Below are positions 51,148 through 60,891 of a stretch of 64,000 nucleotides of DNA, piece by piece. Position numbers and translations under genes: made by a program. The DNA lies in the NCBI GenBank assembly GCA_965656495.1, contig CBFHKU010000006.1, forward strand, positions 1 through 64,000. The letters run 5' to 3'. Origin of the DNA: Coraliomargaritaceae bacterium. Lineage in GTDB: Bacteria; Verrucomicrobiota; Verrucomicrobiia; Opitutales; Coraliomargaritaceae. Numbering within the stretch: position 1 is the first letter of the stretch; each line of letters begins with the position of its first letter. The notes below the pieces were generated by a model. It worked only from the letters and a program-made list of their open reading frames with translations, ran no database searches and was not told the origin of the DNA.

Positions 51148-51843
51148 TCAGAGCGGCGTTTCTGGATAGGGCAGAAAGTCTGTTACGGCGCGGAGTTGCG
51201 CTTCCATTTGGTCGGCGCGGCGTAGTTGTAGATCATCGGGATGAATTGAGATGCGGAGTGGTTTACCGGAACTCTGGGCGGTGCGTGCCTGCATGGCGTT
51301 CCAGCATTTAAGAAAGGTCGCGCGAAAGGCGGTATCGGCCTCGTAACCGGTGAGGGGGAGGGTTTGGAAAAAGGGATCGCTCGGTGGAAAGATGAGCCCG
51401 CGGGTGGTTTCAATGCAGGCATAAGGGGAGTCTTTTAAACGCGTGGCGGGGATTGCGCCGAGCGCCCAGGCGGGTGGCACGTAGAGATGGGGAGCGGGGA
51501 GGCCGTTCTGGGGGAACCAATCATAGGCGCGGCGGAGGAGTGCCTGGATTCCGGTGGCGTCGAGCGCGAGGTGTTCGGCGACGTTGCGGGAAAGGAGGGC
51601 GGCATGGAGGCGGTGGAAAAGGCGGCGGGGGCGGGTGTGGTGATGCCAACCGTGGGCTGCGAGGGGATGGCCTAGGTTTGAAAGTTCGCGGAGGCGTTCG
51701 AGTTCTGAGGGCTGCCAGTCTTTTCCGGGGACCACGAGGAGGGTAACGGGTGGTACGCCGAGGTCGGCGAGCCATTTGAGCAGGGTCTCGACTCGCTCCA
51801 TTGTTTCCGGCATGCAGTCGTGAATCGAAACGAGTGCTTTCAT
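51148..51843 (-). CDS. DUF2334 / NodB-like polysaccharide deacetylase family protein
   Basis: Start MKALVSIHD (ATGA overlap with the upstream GT4); LLVVPG, HGWHH, AE, PPAW and RISIHP.D motifs. Confidence 0.82.
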   Translation of the reverse strand: MKALVSIHDCMPETMERVETLLKWLADLGVPPVTLLVVPGKDWQPSELERLRELSNLGHPLAAHGWHHHTRPRRLFHRLHAALLSRNVAEHLALDATGIQALLRRAYDWFPQNGLPAPHLYVPPAWALGAIPATRLKDSPYACIETTRGLIFPPSDPFFQTLPLTGYEADTAFRATFLKCWNAMQARTAQSSGKPLRISIHPDDLQLRRADQMEAQLRAVTDFLPYPETPL

Positions 51844-52958
51844 GGGCGGGGCGGGTTCGCGTATTTTGCGAGGACTCCGGCCCATTGCGCGAGGGTCGCT
51901 TGGTTGAGTTGCTCGGCGGCGCGGCGGGCCGCTGCGGCGGTGCGTTGCCAATATTCAGGGGCTTGTTCGAGGCAGGCTTGGATTGCTTCGCTCAGGCTTT
52001 GGCCGGGTTGGAGGGCGATGAGCCCGTCTTTGAGCTCCGGCCAGTCGTGGATTCCAGCGTTGGCGGAGACCAATGCAGGTCGCCCGCGGGCCATCGCCTC
52101 AAGGGCGACTGAGCCAAAGGTTTCGAGCTTGGAGGGAAGCAAGAGGCAACTGGCGCCGTCGATCAGCTCGATGAGTTGTTCACGGGTCAGCCAGCCTTTG
52201 AAGTGGACGTTTTGAAGTCCGGCGGCTGCTTGTTCGAGCTTGGCGCGTTCGGGGCCGTCGCCCCCGATGTCAAATTGGATATGGGGGAAATCGGCGGCGG
52301 CTTCGATGATGCGATCGACATTTTTTTCGGCGGCGAGCCGGCCTGCAAAGCAGATACGTTGGACGCGTTCGGATGGGGGGACGGGGGCTTGTTCGAGGAA
52401 ACGGCGCTGGAGGGGGGTACCCATAACCTCGGTGGTGCGGGCTCCGAGTGCTTCGACGTCTGAACGGAGTTTGGAATTGTTCACGAGGACGGTGGCGCTG
52501 GACTTGCAGAGGATGCGGTTGACGTTGCGAAGGTAACCGTTGACGACTACGCGGGTGAGGGGTCGCCAATAGATGCGTGCGAGTTGTTCAAAGTCGGTAT
52601 GGAAAGCGGTGATGAAGGCGGCGCGGTGGCGCTTGGCGTGGTAAAGGCCGAGGAGTCCAAAGGGCCCGGGGGTCACGGCGACTACGAGGTCTGGACGGAG
52701 GGCCTTGCAGCCTTTTGCGATTCGGAAGGGGTCTGGGGTAATGAGGCGTTGGGAGGGGTCTCCCGGCATGGGTATCGAGAAGCGGAGGTGGCGCGCCTTT
52801 TCGAGTGGTTGAAACATTTCAAGCGTCTCCACGTAGGGCTCAAGTTGGCCGAGAAGGTCGTGGTAATAGGCTCCGGTGCCGTTGCGTTCGGGGAAGGAAT
52901 CGGAGAAGAAGGCGACGCGCAAGTGGCGGGCAGGACTGGCGGAATCATGTGTCATCAT
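51840..52958 (-). CDS. GT4 glycosyltransferase
   Basis: SDSFPERNG, TPGPFG, FHTDF, AGRLAAEKN, GDGPER and PS.LETFG.VALEAMARG motifs. Confidence 0.9.
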   Translation of the reverse strand: MMTHDSASPARHLRVAFFSDSFPERNGTGAYYHDLLGQLEPYVETLEMFQPLEKARHLRFSIPMPGDPSQRLITPDPFRIAKGCKALRPDLVVAVTPGPFGLLGLYHAKRHRAAFITAFHTDFEQLARIYWRPLTRVVVNGYLRNVNRILCKSSATVLVNNSKLRSDVEALGARTTEVMGTPLQRRFLEQAPVPPSERVQRICFAGRLAAEKNVDRIIEAAADFPHIQFDIGGDGPERAKLEQAAAGLQNVHFKGWLTREQLIELIDGASCLLLPSKLETFGSVALEAMARGRPALVSANAGIHDWPELKDGLIALQPGQSLSEAIQACLEQAPEYWQRTAAAARRAAEQLNQATLAQWAGVLAKYANPPRP

Positions 52959-54126
52959 GTACGTGTGCCGCTTGAACGCGAATACGACTATTTAATAGTG
53001 TGTGGTAGGAGGGCTTAAGGTAAACCCCGATTTCAGAAATTTTTTCGTGGCGGGCTGTGTCTTGATAGCGGTGTTGGGTTTGATGATTGGCTTTTAATTG
53101 ATCCAGTTGTTTGCGCAAGGGGTCATTCGGCTGGATTCGGAGTTGTTGGAGCGCCGCACTGAGGAGGGGCTTGGGTGCGTTGCGCAGGTCGGCTTGGTCG
53201 ATGAGGGCGACTTCCCCGGGCGGGGCGTTTTTGATGAATCGAAGGAGCGCTTCGTAGTTGTGCTTAAAGATGGATTCGAAAAGCCGGGCGGTGATTTTTC
53301 CGGAGGGGTCGGTTCCAAAGAGGCGGCGGGCGGGCGCGAGGGAGCTGAGTTGAGAACGAAGGGCTTCAGAAGGTTCACGCACGCAAAGGAGGAATTTTGC
53401 ATCGGGGAAGCGCTGGCGCAGGGCAGGGCACCAGGAGGCGAAGGCGGCGTTTTTGGAGAGGAAGCGGCGTCCCTTGCCGGAGGCGTAGAGATGGCGGCGG
53501 ATGCAGGCCCCGTAGAAGTCGAGGAGGCGTTTGCGTTGGGTTTGGGGGAGGGTATCGAGGGCGGCGGTTTGTGCGAGGTAGCGGGAATCGGGGAATGCGA
53601 GGAGCAGGATGAGGGAACTGGCGGCGGGCAGGAGCCAGAGGTAGTCTTCTTCTGGAGCGTCGGGGGCTACCGCGTGGATTTGGTTGAAATCACCGGCAGC
53701 ACGTTTGGTGAGGGCATGAATTATTTTTGCGAAGGGGGAACCGAGTTTCGCGTCGAGAGCGAGGGCAAGTTGAATGATTTTACGGGCGGTGATGGAGGGT
53801 GCGAGGACGGCTTCCCAAGTGCTGACGGTGGTGAATTGTATGGAATCATGTGCGAGGGTGCGGTGCACAAAAGTGGTACCACTGCGGGGGATGCCGGTTA
53901 TGAAAACGGGTGCTTCAACTTTGACCTTTCGGTAATTTGGAAAAAGCAGTTCATCGAGAAAGAGTCCCAGCCAGTGGAGCGATTGCACCGCCAGAAGAAA
54001 GGGAGCGAGGAGAAGAAAGAGGATGCGCCGCCAGTTGAGGGGTGCCCCCCGCTTTGGCTCTGGCCTCAGGGCGCGGAACCACCACTTAAGGTACCGCGCC
54101 AAGCTCTGGAGGCAAAGCAGGAGCAT
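52945..54126 (-). CDS. PAPS-dependent sulfotransferase family protein (membrane-associated)
   Basis: PVFITGIPRSGTT 5'-PSB loop, PEED, LSKN, RFPDAKF..VREP....S 3'-PB motif and an N-terminal hydrophobic segment. Confidence 0.85.
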   Translation of the reverse strand: MLLLCLQSLARYLKWWFRALRPEPKRGAPLNWRRILFLLLAPFLLAVQSLHWLGLFLDELLFPNYRKVKVEAPVFITGIPRSGTTFVHRTLAHDSIQFTTVSTWEAVLAPSITARKIIQLALALDAKLGSPFAKIIHALTKRAAGDFNQIHAVAPDAPEEDYLWLLPAASSLILLLAFPDSRYLAQTAALDTLPQTQRKRLLDFYGACIRRHLYASGKGRRFLSKNAAFASWCPALRQRFPDAKFLLCVREPSEALRSQLSSLAPARRLFGTDPSGKITARLFESIFKHNYEALLRFIKNAPPGEVALIDQADLRNAPKPLLSAALQQLRIQPNDPLRKQLDQLKANHQTQHRYQDTARHEKISEIGVYLKPSYHTLLNSRIRVQAAHVHDDT

Positions 54127-54573
54127 TCAGTTATCGAAGACCAGCTTCTTGGAGAGAATGTAGTTGAATCCGAGCCCTGCCATACCGCCAATCCACACCC
54201 CGAGGAGGGGAAGGGTCGCGGAGGCTGCAATCTCTCCGCCCATTTCGAGCCCGACCTGCAGTACGAGCGAGTATACCGAGATATTGATGCCTGCGCCCAC
54301 GGCATGGACGCTGTAATGCCGAAGAAGGGAGTGCCACAGGGCGCGTCCGGTTTCGAGGTGGTGAAAGGTGAAATAACGATTCAGGACATAGCCTGCAGCC
54401 ATTGCGGCGGCCAAAGAAATCGCACGCCCCAGATAGGGGTTCACCCCAAGCCCTAGGAGGGCATACAAAACAAGCGCGTCAATGAAGGAGATACTGACCC
54501 CTACAGTGGCGAATCGCGCGAAGGTGGCGCGATGGCTTTCGGAGCGATGGATTTTCCCGAGTAACTTGCGCAT
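54127..54573 (-). CDS. GtrA-family 4-TM protein
   Basis: RFATVG....D, Y.LNRYFTF and NY.LSKKLVF motifs. Confidence 0.88.
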   Translation of the reverse strand: MRKLLGKIHRSESHRATFARFATVGVSISFIDALVLYALLGLGVNPYLGRAISLAAAMAAGYVLNRYFTFHHLETGRALWHSLLRHYSVHAVGAGINISVYSLVLQVGLEMGGEIAASATLPLLGVWIGGMAGLGFNYILSKKLVFDN

Positions 54574-54657
54574 GGCCTTTTGAAATTTTCGCTTATAAAA
54601 TAGATTTGAACCTCGGCGTCAAATGGGAATCGGCAGACTTCGAAACTGATTCAGGAT

Positions 54658-54948
54658 TCAGGCCTTGAGATCCCGCAGTAATTTGAGGTCGGCAACAAAA
54701 GGACCGGCGGGGAGGAGGCTGGCGAGCAGGAGCAGGGCGGTGGTGCGGGATTTCCAATAGCCCTTCCATTGAAGGAAGGCCGCCAAGCCGACATAGAGCA
54801 TCCACAGCACCCCATGCGCCATCCCGATTTGTTGCACCGCCGCAGGTTCGTCCCATAGGTATTTCAAAGGCATGGCGTAGCCCAGTAGGAGGAGGAAGGA
54901 CAGCGCTTCCAAAAAACCGGTTACACGCAATATTTTGAGAGAAGCCAT
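54658..54948 (-). CDS. DUF3817 membrane protein
   Basis: LEALSFLLLLGYAMPLKY, GMAHG.L and ASLLP.GPF motifs. Confidence 0.88.
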   Translation of the reverse strand: MASLKILRVTGFLEALSFLLLLGYAMPLKYLWDEPAAVQQIGMAHGVLWMLYVGLAAFLQWKGYWKSRTTALLLLASLLPAGPFVADLKLLRDLKA

Positions 54949-54950
54949 CG

Positions 54951-55520
54951 TCAGCTGCCCGGTTTAGTCGCGGGAGTCCCTTGCAGCTCCGGCGGTAGCG
55001 CATCGGCGGGGTAGGTGGGGAAGCTGAGCTGCGCGAGGCTGTGGTGCGGGATGTCAAAGGTGGTAGCACCTGCGCTGCGGTCTACGATCACGCCGACCGC
55101 GACGGGTTCCGCGCCATGTGCCCGGCATTGTGCCAGCGCTTCAACGACCCGACCACCGCGCGTGATGACGTCCTCCACGATTAGGACCTTTTCGCCCGCT
55201 TCGAATTTGAAATTGCGCCTCAGTTCGAGTTTATCATCCACTTTCTCTAGGAACAGGAAACGGGTTCCCAGTAAACGTGCCACTTCCTGCCCGATGACGA
55301 GTCCTCCCATGGCCGGGCCAACCACGGTGGTCGCACCATAGCCCTTGAGGTCTGCAACCAGCATCTCAGCGAGGCGGGTGACTTGGTCGATGTATTGACA
55401 GACCTGAGCGCATTGGAAGAAATGGGCGCTGTGTAGGCCGGAGCGCAGGACAAAATGTCCTTCCAGGAGTGCGCCGCTTTCGCGGAAAATGCTGAGTACT
55501 TCCTCTTCTCGTTCGTTCAT
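54951..55520 (-). CDS. pyrE: Orotate phosphoribosyltransferase
   Basis: ALLEGHF.L.SG.HS, GPAMGG and PRPP loop VEDVITRGG. Confidence 0.94.
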   Translation of the reverse strand: MNEREEEVLSIFRESGALLEGHFVLRSGLHSAHFFQCAQVCQYIDQVTRLAEMLVADLKGYGATTVVGPAMGGLVIGQEVARLLGTRFLFLEKVDDKLELRRNFKFEAGEKVLIVEDVITRGGRVVEALAQCRAHGAEPVAVGVIVDRSAGATTFDIPHHSLAQLSFPTYPADALPPELQGTPATKPGS

Positions 55521-55575
55521 GTGCCCACACTGGCGAAGATGCGAGCAGCTGTGAAGCGGGAAATATAAAATTTAA

Positions 55576-55599
55576 AGAGACACCCAATAGGGATGTCTC
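55576..55599. other. Hairpin between the small lipoprotein gene and pyrE
   Basis: AGAGACA-CCC-aata-GGG-a-TGTCTCT; followed by T-rich sequence on the minus strand. Confidence 0.45.
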
Positions 55600-55628
55600 T
55601 GAAGCGTTCAGGTCACCGAGGGGACGTG

Positions 55629-55799
55629 TTATTTATAATCGTCCGGATCAATAAGACCGCTGTCATTGCTATCGAACGGCTTCATTTCCATCCAGCCCTC
55701 CTCTTTATTTGCGGAGCTGTCTGTTGCGATGTAGCAGCCGGAAACAAGTAATAATGTGCCGGCGGTGATAATTACAAATGGAAGAAATAACTTACTCAT
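55629..55799 (-). CDS. 56-aa lipoprotein with a C-terminal EF-hand-like loop
   Basis: Manual translation MSKLFLPFVIITAGTLLLVSG-CYIATDSSANKEEGWMEMKPFDSNDSGLIDPDDYK*. Lipobox VSG-C; AT-rich upstream region. Confidence 0.75.
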   Translation of the reverse strand: MSKLFLPFVIITAGTLLLVSGCYIATDSSANKEEGWMEMKPFDSNDSGLIDPDDYK

Positions 55800-55923
55800 A
55801 ACCTAAAAATATACTAAATAGTTTAATAAAGTAAACTAAAATTTATAAAATATTAGCTGATGCCCTAATCGTGCTTGTGGCTTGTGCTGTGCCCCGTCTT
55901 AGCCCTATTTTGAGCAGCGTTTC

Positions 55924-57069
55924 ATGTTTTCACTGCTATACCGTCATCTTCTTCGGGAAATCTCGACTGCCACTGCCTTGGCAATGGGATTATTCGTTTT
56001 TGTTCTGTTGTTGGGTAACGCCATGGGGGATATCTTTGGGCTAATGTTTGCGGGGAAGTTGGATGCGGTTTTATTTTTCAAATTGTTGGCATTATTGATT
56101 CCCTATGTGACGGCTTATGCGCTGCCGCTGGGGATGTTGACGGGAACCTTGATGGCCTTGGGGCGATTATCTGCACAGCATGAGATTACCGCGATGAAGT
56201 CGGCGGGGCTTGGAATGGCACAACTTGCGAGTCCGGTCTTTTTTCTTTCCTCGCTGGGAGTAGTGGCGGGATTGGTTGTAAATTTGCAATACGCGCCGCA
56301 GTCGCGTGCCGCCTACAAAAATCTGATTGCCTCGGCAGTGACAGAAAACCCGCTTGGTTTTATCGAAGCGCGTCGCTTCATTAATGAATTTCCCGGCGCG
56401 GTAATTTATGCCGGCGAGCGGGAGGGTTCCCGCTTGGGTGATGTATGGTTTTGGAAACTGGATGACTCCAAGCAGGTAGAGCTATTTATCCGCGGTCGTG
56501 AGGGGCAGGTCGAATACCGGGAAGCGGAAAATGCGCTGGTTCTGACTTTGTTGGATGGGACGACGGAGCAACGAAAAACTGCGGGCGATGGGGGTTCCGG
56601 GGCGGCGGAATTCAACATGCTGGATTTTGGAGAGCTTTCTTTTGAATGGTCGCTCGACTCGGTTTTTGAAGCCCGCGCGGCGCGTCCCACCAAGCTCAAG
56701 AATATGACTTTTGCGCAACAAATGGCGCAGCGGGAAAAGTTGAAAGCGGAAGAGGTTGCGGCGGACACGGGGCTTTCCCAGGAACGCCTGCAGGTGCAAT
56801 TCTACATTCAGCAAAATTGTGCCTATGCATTTTCGATTTTCTCGCTCGCGATTTTTGGAGTGCCGCTCGCCATTCGCGTTGGGCGGCATGAAAGCTACTC
56901 CAACCTGGCGCTCGCGCTGGTGGTGGCGCTGGTCTTTTATGCCCTTATGATTGCGGTCAGTTGGTTGGAGGGGCAAGTCTGGTTGCGCCCGGACCTGCTG
57001 ATCTGGTTGCCCAATCTCATCTTTCAGTCTCTGGGCATCTATCTTCTGGCGCGCGTTAACCGACATTAA
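55924..57069 (+). CDS. LptF/LptG-family LPS export permease
   Basis: RHLLRE, LP.G.L, GRLS...EITAMKSAG, G.PLA and WLPN motifs. Confidence 0.92.
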   Translation: MFSLLYRHLLREISTATALAMGLFVFVLLLGNAMGDIFGLMFAGKLDAVLFFKLLALLIPYVTAYALPLGMLTGTLMALGRLSAQHEITAMKSAGLGMAQLASPVFFLSSLGVVAGLVVNLQYAPQSRAAYKNLIASAVTENPLGFIEARRFINEFPGAVIYAGEREGSRLGDVWFWKLDDSKQVELFIRGREGQVEYREAENALVLTLLDGTTEQRKTAGDGGSGAAEFNMLDFGELSFEWSLDSVFEARAARPTKLKNMTFAQQMAQREKLKAEEVAADTGLSQERLQVQFYIQQNCAYAFSIFSLAIFGVPLAIRVGRHESYSNLALALVVALVFYALMIAVSWLEGQVWLRPDLLIWLPNLIFQSLGIYLLARVNRH

Positions 57070-57071
57070 TC

Positions 57072-58394
57072 ATGCAAGTACGGTTATTGGAAGGTCGTTG
57101 GACTGCGGAAGATCTGTTATTGCGGCTAGAGGGGCAGGATCGTCCCTTTGCCTTGGATAGTGCGCAATCGAATGACGGCTTGGGAGAATGGAGTTTTTTT
57201 GGCGCGAATCCCTTTGAATTGGTAACAGGGGATGCGGGTTTGGGAGCGTTGCGGGCGGCGATGCAGCCCTATGCCCGCCAGCCGAGTGGCGAGATCCCCT
57301 TTACCGGAGGTGCGGTGGGTTATTTGGCGTATGACTACGGGCGTCGGCTGGAACGCATTCCGGAGCAGACGGTGGATGACCGGGCGATTCCGGATCTTTG
57401 CTTCGGGCTCTATGACGGGATTGCGGCTCTGGAGCATCAAACCGGGAAGCTGTATTTAATCGCGTTGGGGATTCGGGCTCCGGAGGAGTCGGTCTTGCGC
57501 GAACTGGAGGCGACTCTGCGAGCGGCGAGACCCGAGCCGGCATGGAAGCTGCCGACCCGCGAGCCTTGGGAATGGAATGGATCGGAGGCTGATTTCATGC
57601 GATCGGTGGAGCGCATCAAGGGTTACATCGCGAGCGGAGATGCTTATCAGGTGAATTTGTCGCGGCGGGCGCGGTGCCGTTATGAAGGGGCGCCGATGCA
57701 ATTGTATCGTGCGCTGCGGCGGGGGAATCCCGCGCCTTACGGAGCGTATCTGGACTGCGGCAACTGGCAGTTAATTTCAACCTCTCCGGAGCAGTTTTTG
57801 CGCAAGACAGGGCGGGAACTTTGCACACGACCGATCAAGGGGACGCGTCCGCGTGGGGTCGGCAGTCAAGAGGATGCGGTTCTTGCGGCAGATTTGGAGG
57901 GCTCGGAGAAGGAGCGTGCGGAGTTGTTGATGATCGTGGATTTGGTACGCAATGATCTCGGTCGGGTCGCGGAGTATGGCTCGGTGCAGGTGGAGCAATT
58001 GTATCATCAGGAATACTATGCGCGAGTGATGCACCAGACCGCCCAAGTGCGGGCGCGATTGGCGGAGGGCAAGGATGTTTTTGATTGCGTGGAGGCGCTC
58101 TTTCCCGGGGGTTCGATAACGGGTGCGCCCAAGATTCGTGCGATGGAAATCATTGAGGAGTTGGAACCGACCCGGCGCGGGGTTTATTGTGGTTCGATGG
58201 GTTATATTGGTTTTGATGGGGAGGCCGAGTTGAACATCGCGATTCGCAGTTTGCATTTAAAAGATGGCTGGCTGGATTATCAAGTGGGCGGAGGTATTGT
58301 ATGGGATTCCGACCCGCAGGCGGAGTTACAGGAAACCATCGACAAAGGTCGCGCCATTCACGAAACAATCGAAGCATTATGTCAGCCATCATAA
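57072..58394 (+). CDS. pabB: Aminodeoxychorismate synthase component I
   Basis: PFTGGAVGY..YD, GD.YQVNLS, SPE.F, TRPIKGT, KERAELLMIVDL.RND and FPGGSITGAPK motifs; in the folate cluster. Confidence 0.92.
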   Translation: MQVRLLEGRWTAEDLLLRLEGQDRPFALDSAQSNDGLGEWSFFGANPFELVTGDAGLGALRAAMQPYARQPSGEIPFTGGAVGYLAYDYGRRLERIPEQTVDDRAIPDLCFGLYDGIAALEHQTGKLYLIALGIRAPEESVLRELEATLRAARPEPAWKLPTREPWEWNGSEADFMRSVERIKGYIASGDAYQVNLSRRARCRYEGAPMQLYRALRRGNPAPYGAYLDCGNWQLISTSPEQFLRKTGRELCTRPIKGTRPRGVGSQEDAVLAADLEGSEKERAELLMIVDLVRNDLGRVAEYGSVQVEQLYHQEYYARVMHQTAQVRARLAEGKDVFDCVEALFPGGSITGAPKIRAMEIIEELEPTRRGVYCGSMGYIGFDGEAELNIAIRSLHLKDGWLDYQVGGGIVWDSDPQAELQETIDKGRAIHETIEALCQPS

Positions 58395-59194
58395 AAATCG
58401 CAACGGGCGGGAGTCTTGAACTGGAACCCGGTGATGGCGCTTTTGCCTACGGGGAGGGTCTGTTTGAAACGATCAAGTTGAGGGCGGGCGGGTTGTGTTT
58501 TTGGCGGGGGCACTGGGCGCGGCTGGCGGCCTCTGCGGAAGCGCTGGGCTTTGTCCTCCCGAAAGAAGAGGCGGTGCTGGAGGCCTTGCGTGAATGGTTG
58601 GCGGCAGAGGGGCGCGAGTCGGGCATTGTGAAGCTGTCCTTAGTGCGGCAGGGCGAGGGCTGCGTGCTGTATATTTATGGGCGCAGGGAAGCGGACCCCG
58701 TTGCCGGGCAGGTGCGCCTCCAGTTGGAAAAGGAGACGCGGCTGAATCCGTACTCCTTGCTGGCGGGGCACAAATCGCATAATTACATGGAGGCGATGAC
58801 GCTGTGGCGCCGGGCACGGGCTGCGGGGTTTTACGATTGCCTGCGCTTGAATGCCACCGGTCATTTGGCGGAGGCCTGTGTTGCGAATCTCTTTTTCCTG
58901 AAGGCGGGGGTGGTTCACACTCCGGCGTTGGCGAGTGGGATTTTGCCCGGGGTCATTCGCGCGGAAGTCCTGCGTTTGGCGGCAGAGGAGAATCTGGAAA
59001 CCCGCGAGGGGGATTATGTTCCCGGGGATCTCGCGGATGCGGAGGCGGTTTTTTTGACGAATTCGGTAGCGGGGATTGTTCCGGTGGAATTGGTGGAAGC
59101 GGTTTTTGAAAGCGGTGGTTTAGAGCAGGGGCAGGTGGATTCATTGCGGGCGCGGCTTGCCTTGGCGGAACAAAGCGCTTCTGTAATTCCCTGA
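58379..59194 (+). CDS. pabC: Aminotransferase class IV, probable 4-amino-4-deoxychorismate lyase
   Basis: YGEGLFET, H..RL..S, HKS.NY, EA..ANLF, LPGVIR and FLTNS motifs. Start MSAII. Confidence 0.85.
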   Translation: MSAIIKIATGGSLELEPGDGAFAYGEGLFETIKLRAGGLCFWRGHWARLAASAEALGFVLPKEEAVLEALREWLAAEGRESGIVKLSLVRQGEGCVLYIYGRREADPVAGQVRLQLEKETRLNPYSLLAGHKSHNYMEAMTLWRRARAAGFYDCLRLNATGHLAEACVANLFFLKAGVVHTPALASGILPGVIRAEVLRLAAEENLETREGDYVPGDLADAEAVFLTNSVAGIVPVELVEAVFESGGLEQGQVDSLRARLALAEQSASVIP

Positions 59195-60036
59195 TGTCTG
59201 CTGCAAAAATATTCCACACCTCCCGCCGGGATTTGCCTTTGGGTCAGCGGACATATTTGGCGGGCATTTTGAATTTAACCCCGGATTCTTTTTCGGACGG
59301 AGGGGATTACGATAATCAGGAGGCGGCACGGGCGCGTTTTCATGCGATGACGGCGGCGGGCGCCGAGCTTATCGATATAGGCGGGGAATCCACTCGCCCG
59401 GGTTTTGAGCCGGTCTCGGAGGCGGAGGAGTTGGAGCGGGTGGTGCCTTTTATTGAGCGGGTTCGGGGTGAGACCTCGGCCTTGATTTCGGTGGACACCT
59501 CCAAGAGCGGGGTTGCTGCCGCCGCGCTGGCGGCAGGTGCGGATATCGTGAATGACATTTGGGGTGCACAGGGCGATCCGGCGATGGCAGAAGTGATGGG
59601 TGCGGCGAAGGCAGCTTGTATTTTGATGCATAATCGTCCCGCCGAGGCGGCGGGGGAGGGAGATGTGATTGAGTCCATTTTGGAATTTTGGGAGGTTTCG
59701 GTGGCACGGGTTTTGGCGGCAGGGGTGGCCGCGGAATCCATCATTCTTGATCCGGGACTGGGGTTTGGAAAAACCTACGAGGAGAACTGGGAAATCATGC
59801 GGCGGCTGGAGGAATTACATGCGGCGGGCTACCCGCTCTTGCTGGGGGCCTCGCGGAAATCGATGTTGGCGCGGTTGTTGCAGATCGAGGATCCAAAGGC
59901 GCGGCTGAGCGGAACCCTGGGCACAACGGCGCGGGCGATTCAGGCTGGTGTTGCTTTTTTACGTGTGCACGATGTGCGGGAAAACCGCGAATGCGCGGAT
60001 GTTTTGAATTACTGCTGCCATGAAAAAAAGAACTAA
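59194..60036 (+). CDS. folP: Dihydropteroate synthase
   Basis: GILNLTPDSFSDGG, DIGGESTRPG, DPGLGFGK, SRKS and RVHDV motifs. Confidence 0.97.
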   Translation: MSAAKIFHTSRRDLPLGQRTYLAGILNLTPDSFSDGGDYDNQEAARARFHAMTAAGAELIDIGGESTRPGFEPVSEAEELERVVPFIERVRGETSALISVDTSKSGVAAAALAAGADIVNDIWGAQGDPAMAEVMGAAKAACILMHNRPAEAAGEGDVIESILEFWEVSVARVLAAGVAAESIILDPGLGFGKTYEENWEIMRRLEELHAAGYPLLLGASRKSMLARLLQIEDPKARLSGTLGTTARAIQAGVAFLRVHDVRENRECADVLNYCCHEKKN

Positions 60037-60388
60037 GATTGAATTAAAGGGCTTGGAATTTTTCGCGCACCACGGGGTCTTGCCGGAGGAGGCAAAACTC
60101 GGGCAGCGTTTCTCGGTGGACGTGGTTCTGGAGTTGGATCCTGAAATGAGTTTTGAAAGTGATGCGGTGGAATCGACCGTCAATTATGCGGAGGTCTACG
60201 CTCTGGTGGAGCGGATTTTTACGGGCGAGCGCTATCATTTGATTGAAAGGGCAGCGGAGGTCATTGCGGAAGGGGTACTCGCGGATTTTGAGAAGGTGCG
60301 TGAAGTGGGGGTCAAGGTATGCAAGCCCTCCGCGCCGATCCCCGGGATTTTTGAGTATTGCTCGGCGGAGGTGTGGCAATGCCGTTAA
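60020..60388 (+). CDS. folB: Dihydroneopterin aldolase
   Basis: F.AHHGV..EE..LGQRF.VD, TVNY, LIE and KPSAPI motifs. Confidence 0.96.
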   Translation: MKKRTKIELKGLEFFAHHGVLPEEAKLGQRFSVDVVLELDPEMSFESDAVESTVNYAEVYALVERIFTGERYHLIERAAEVIAEGVLADFEKVREVGVKVCKPSAPIPGIFEYCSAEVWQCR

Positions 60389-60891
60389 CGCGAGCCTTCG
60401 TGGCTTTTGGGAGTAACGTGGGCGATCGTTTGGGAACGATGCAGGCGGCGTTGCGTCACTTGACGGAGGATGGGCAAACGCGCTGCCTCAAGACGAGTCC
60501 GGTGTATGAGAATCGGGCGGTGGGCATGGGCGAGGCCGCGCCGTTTTTGAATGCGGTGGTTGAATTTGAAACGGTATTGGATGCGGATGCCTTACTGGAG
60601 GCCTGTCTGTCGGTGGAGGCGATGCTGGGCCGTGAGCGGGCGGGTTCGTGGAAACCGCGCACCATTGATTTGGATGTGCTGCTTTTTGGGGCGGAGCGGC
60701 GGGAGGACGCGCAGCTTGTTTTGCCGCATCCACGTATTGCGGAGCGGGATTTTGTGGCGCAACCGTTATTGGATATCGCACCGGATTTGGAAATTGAAGG
60801 GCGTGGAATCGGTGCAATCGTAGCGGGGTTGCCGGAGTTTGAACTTGTGCTTTACGCGGCGCAACTGGAGGCGCAGTCTGCGGAAAGATGA
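60379..60891 (+). CDS. folK: 6-hydroxymethyl-7,8-dihydropterin pyrophosphokinase
   Basis: GSNVGDR, FLNAV, PRTIDLD.L and PHPR..ER.FV..PL motifs. Start MPLTR. Confidence 0.96.
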   Translation: MPLTRAFVAFGSNVGDRLGTMQAALRHLTEDGQTRCLKTSPVYENRAVGMGEAAPFLNAVVEFETVLDADALLEACLSVEAMLGRERAGSWKPRTIDLDVLLFGAERREDAQLVLPHPRIAERDFVAQPLLDIAPDLEIEGRGIGAIVAGLPEFELVLYAAQLEAQSAER

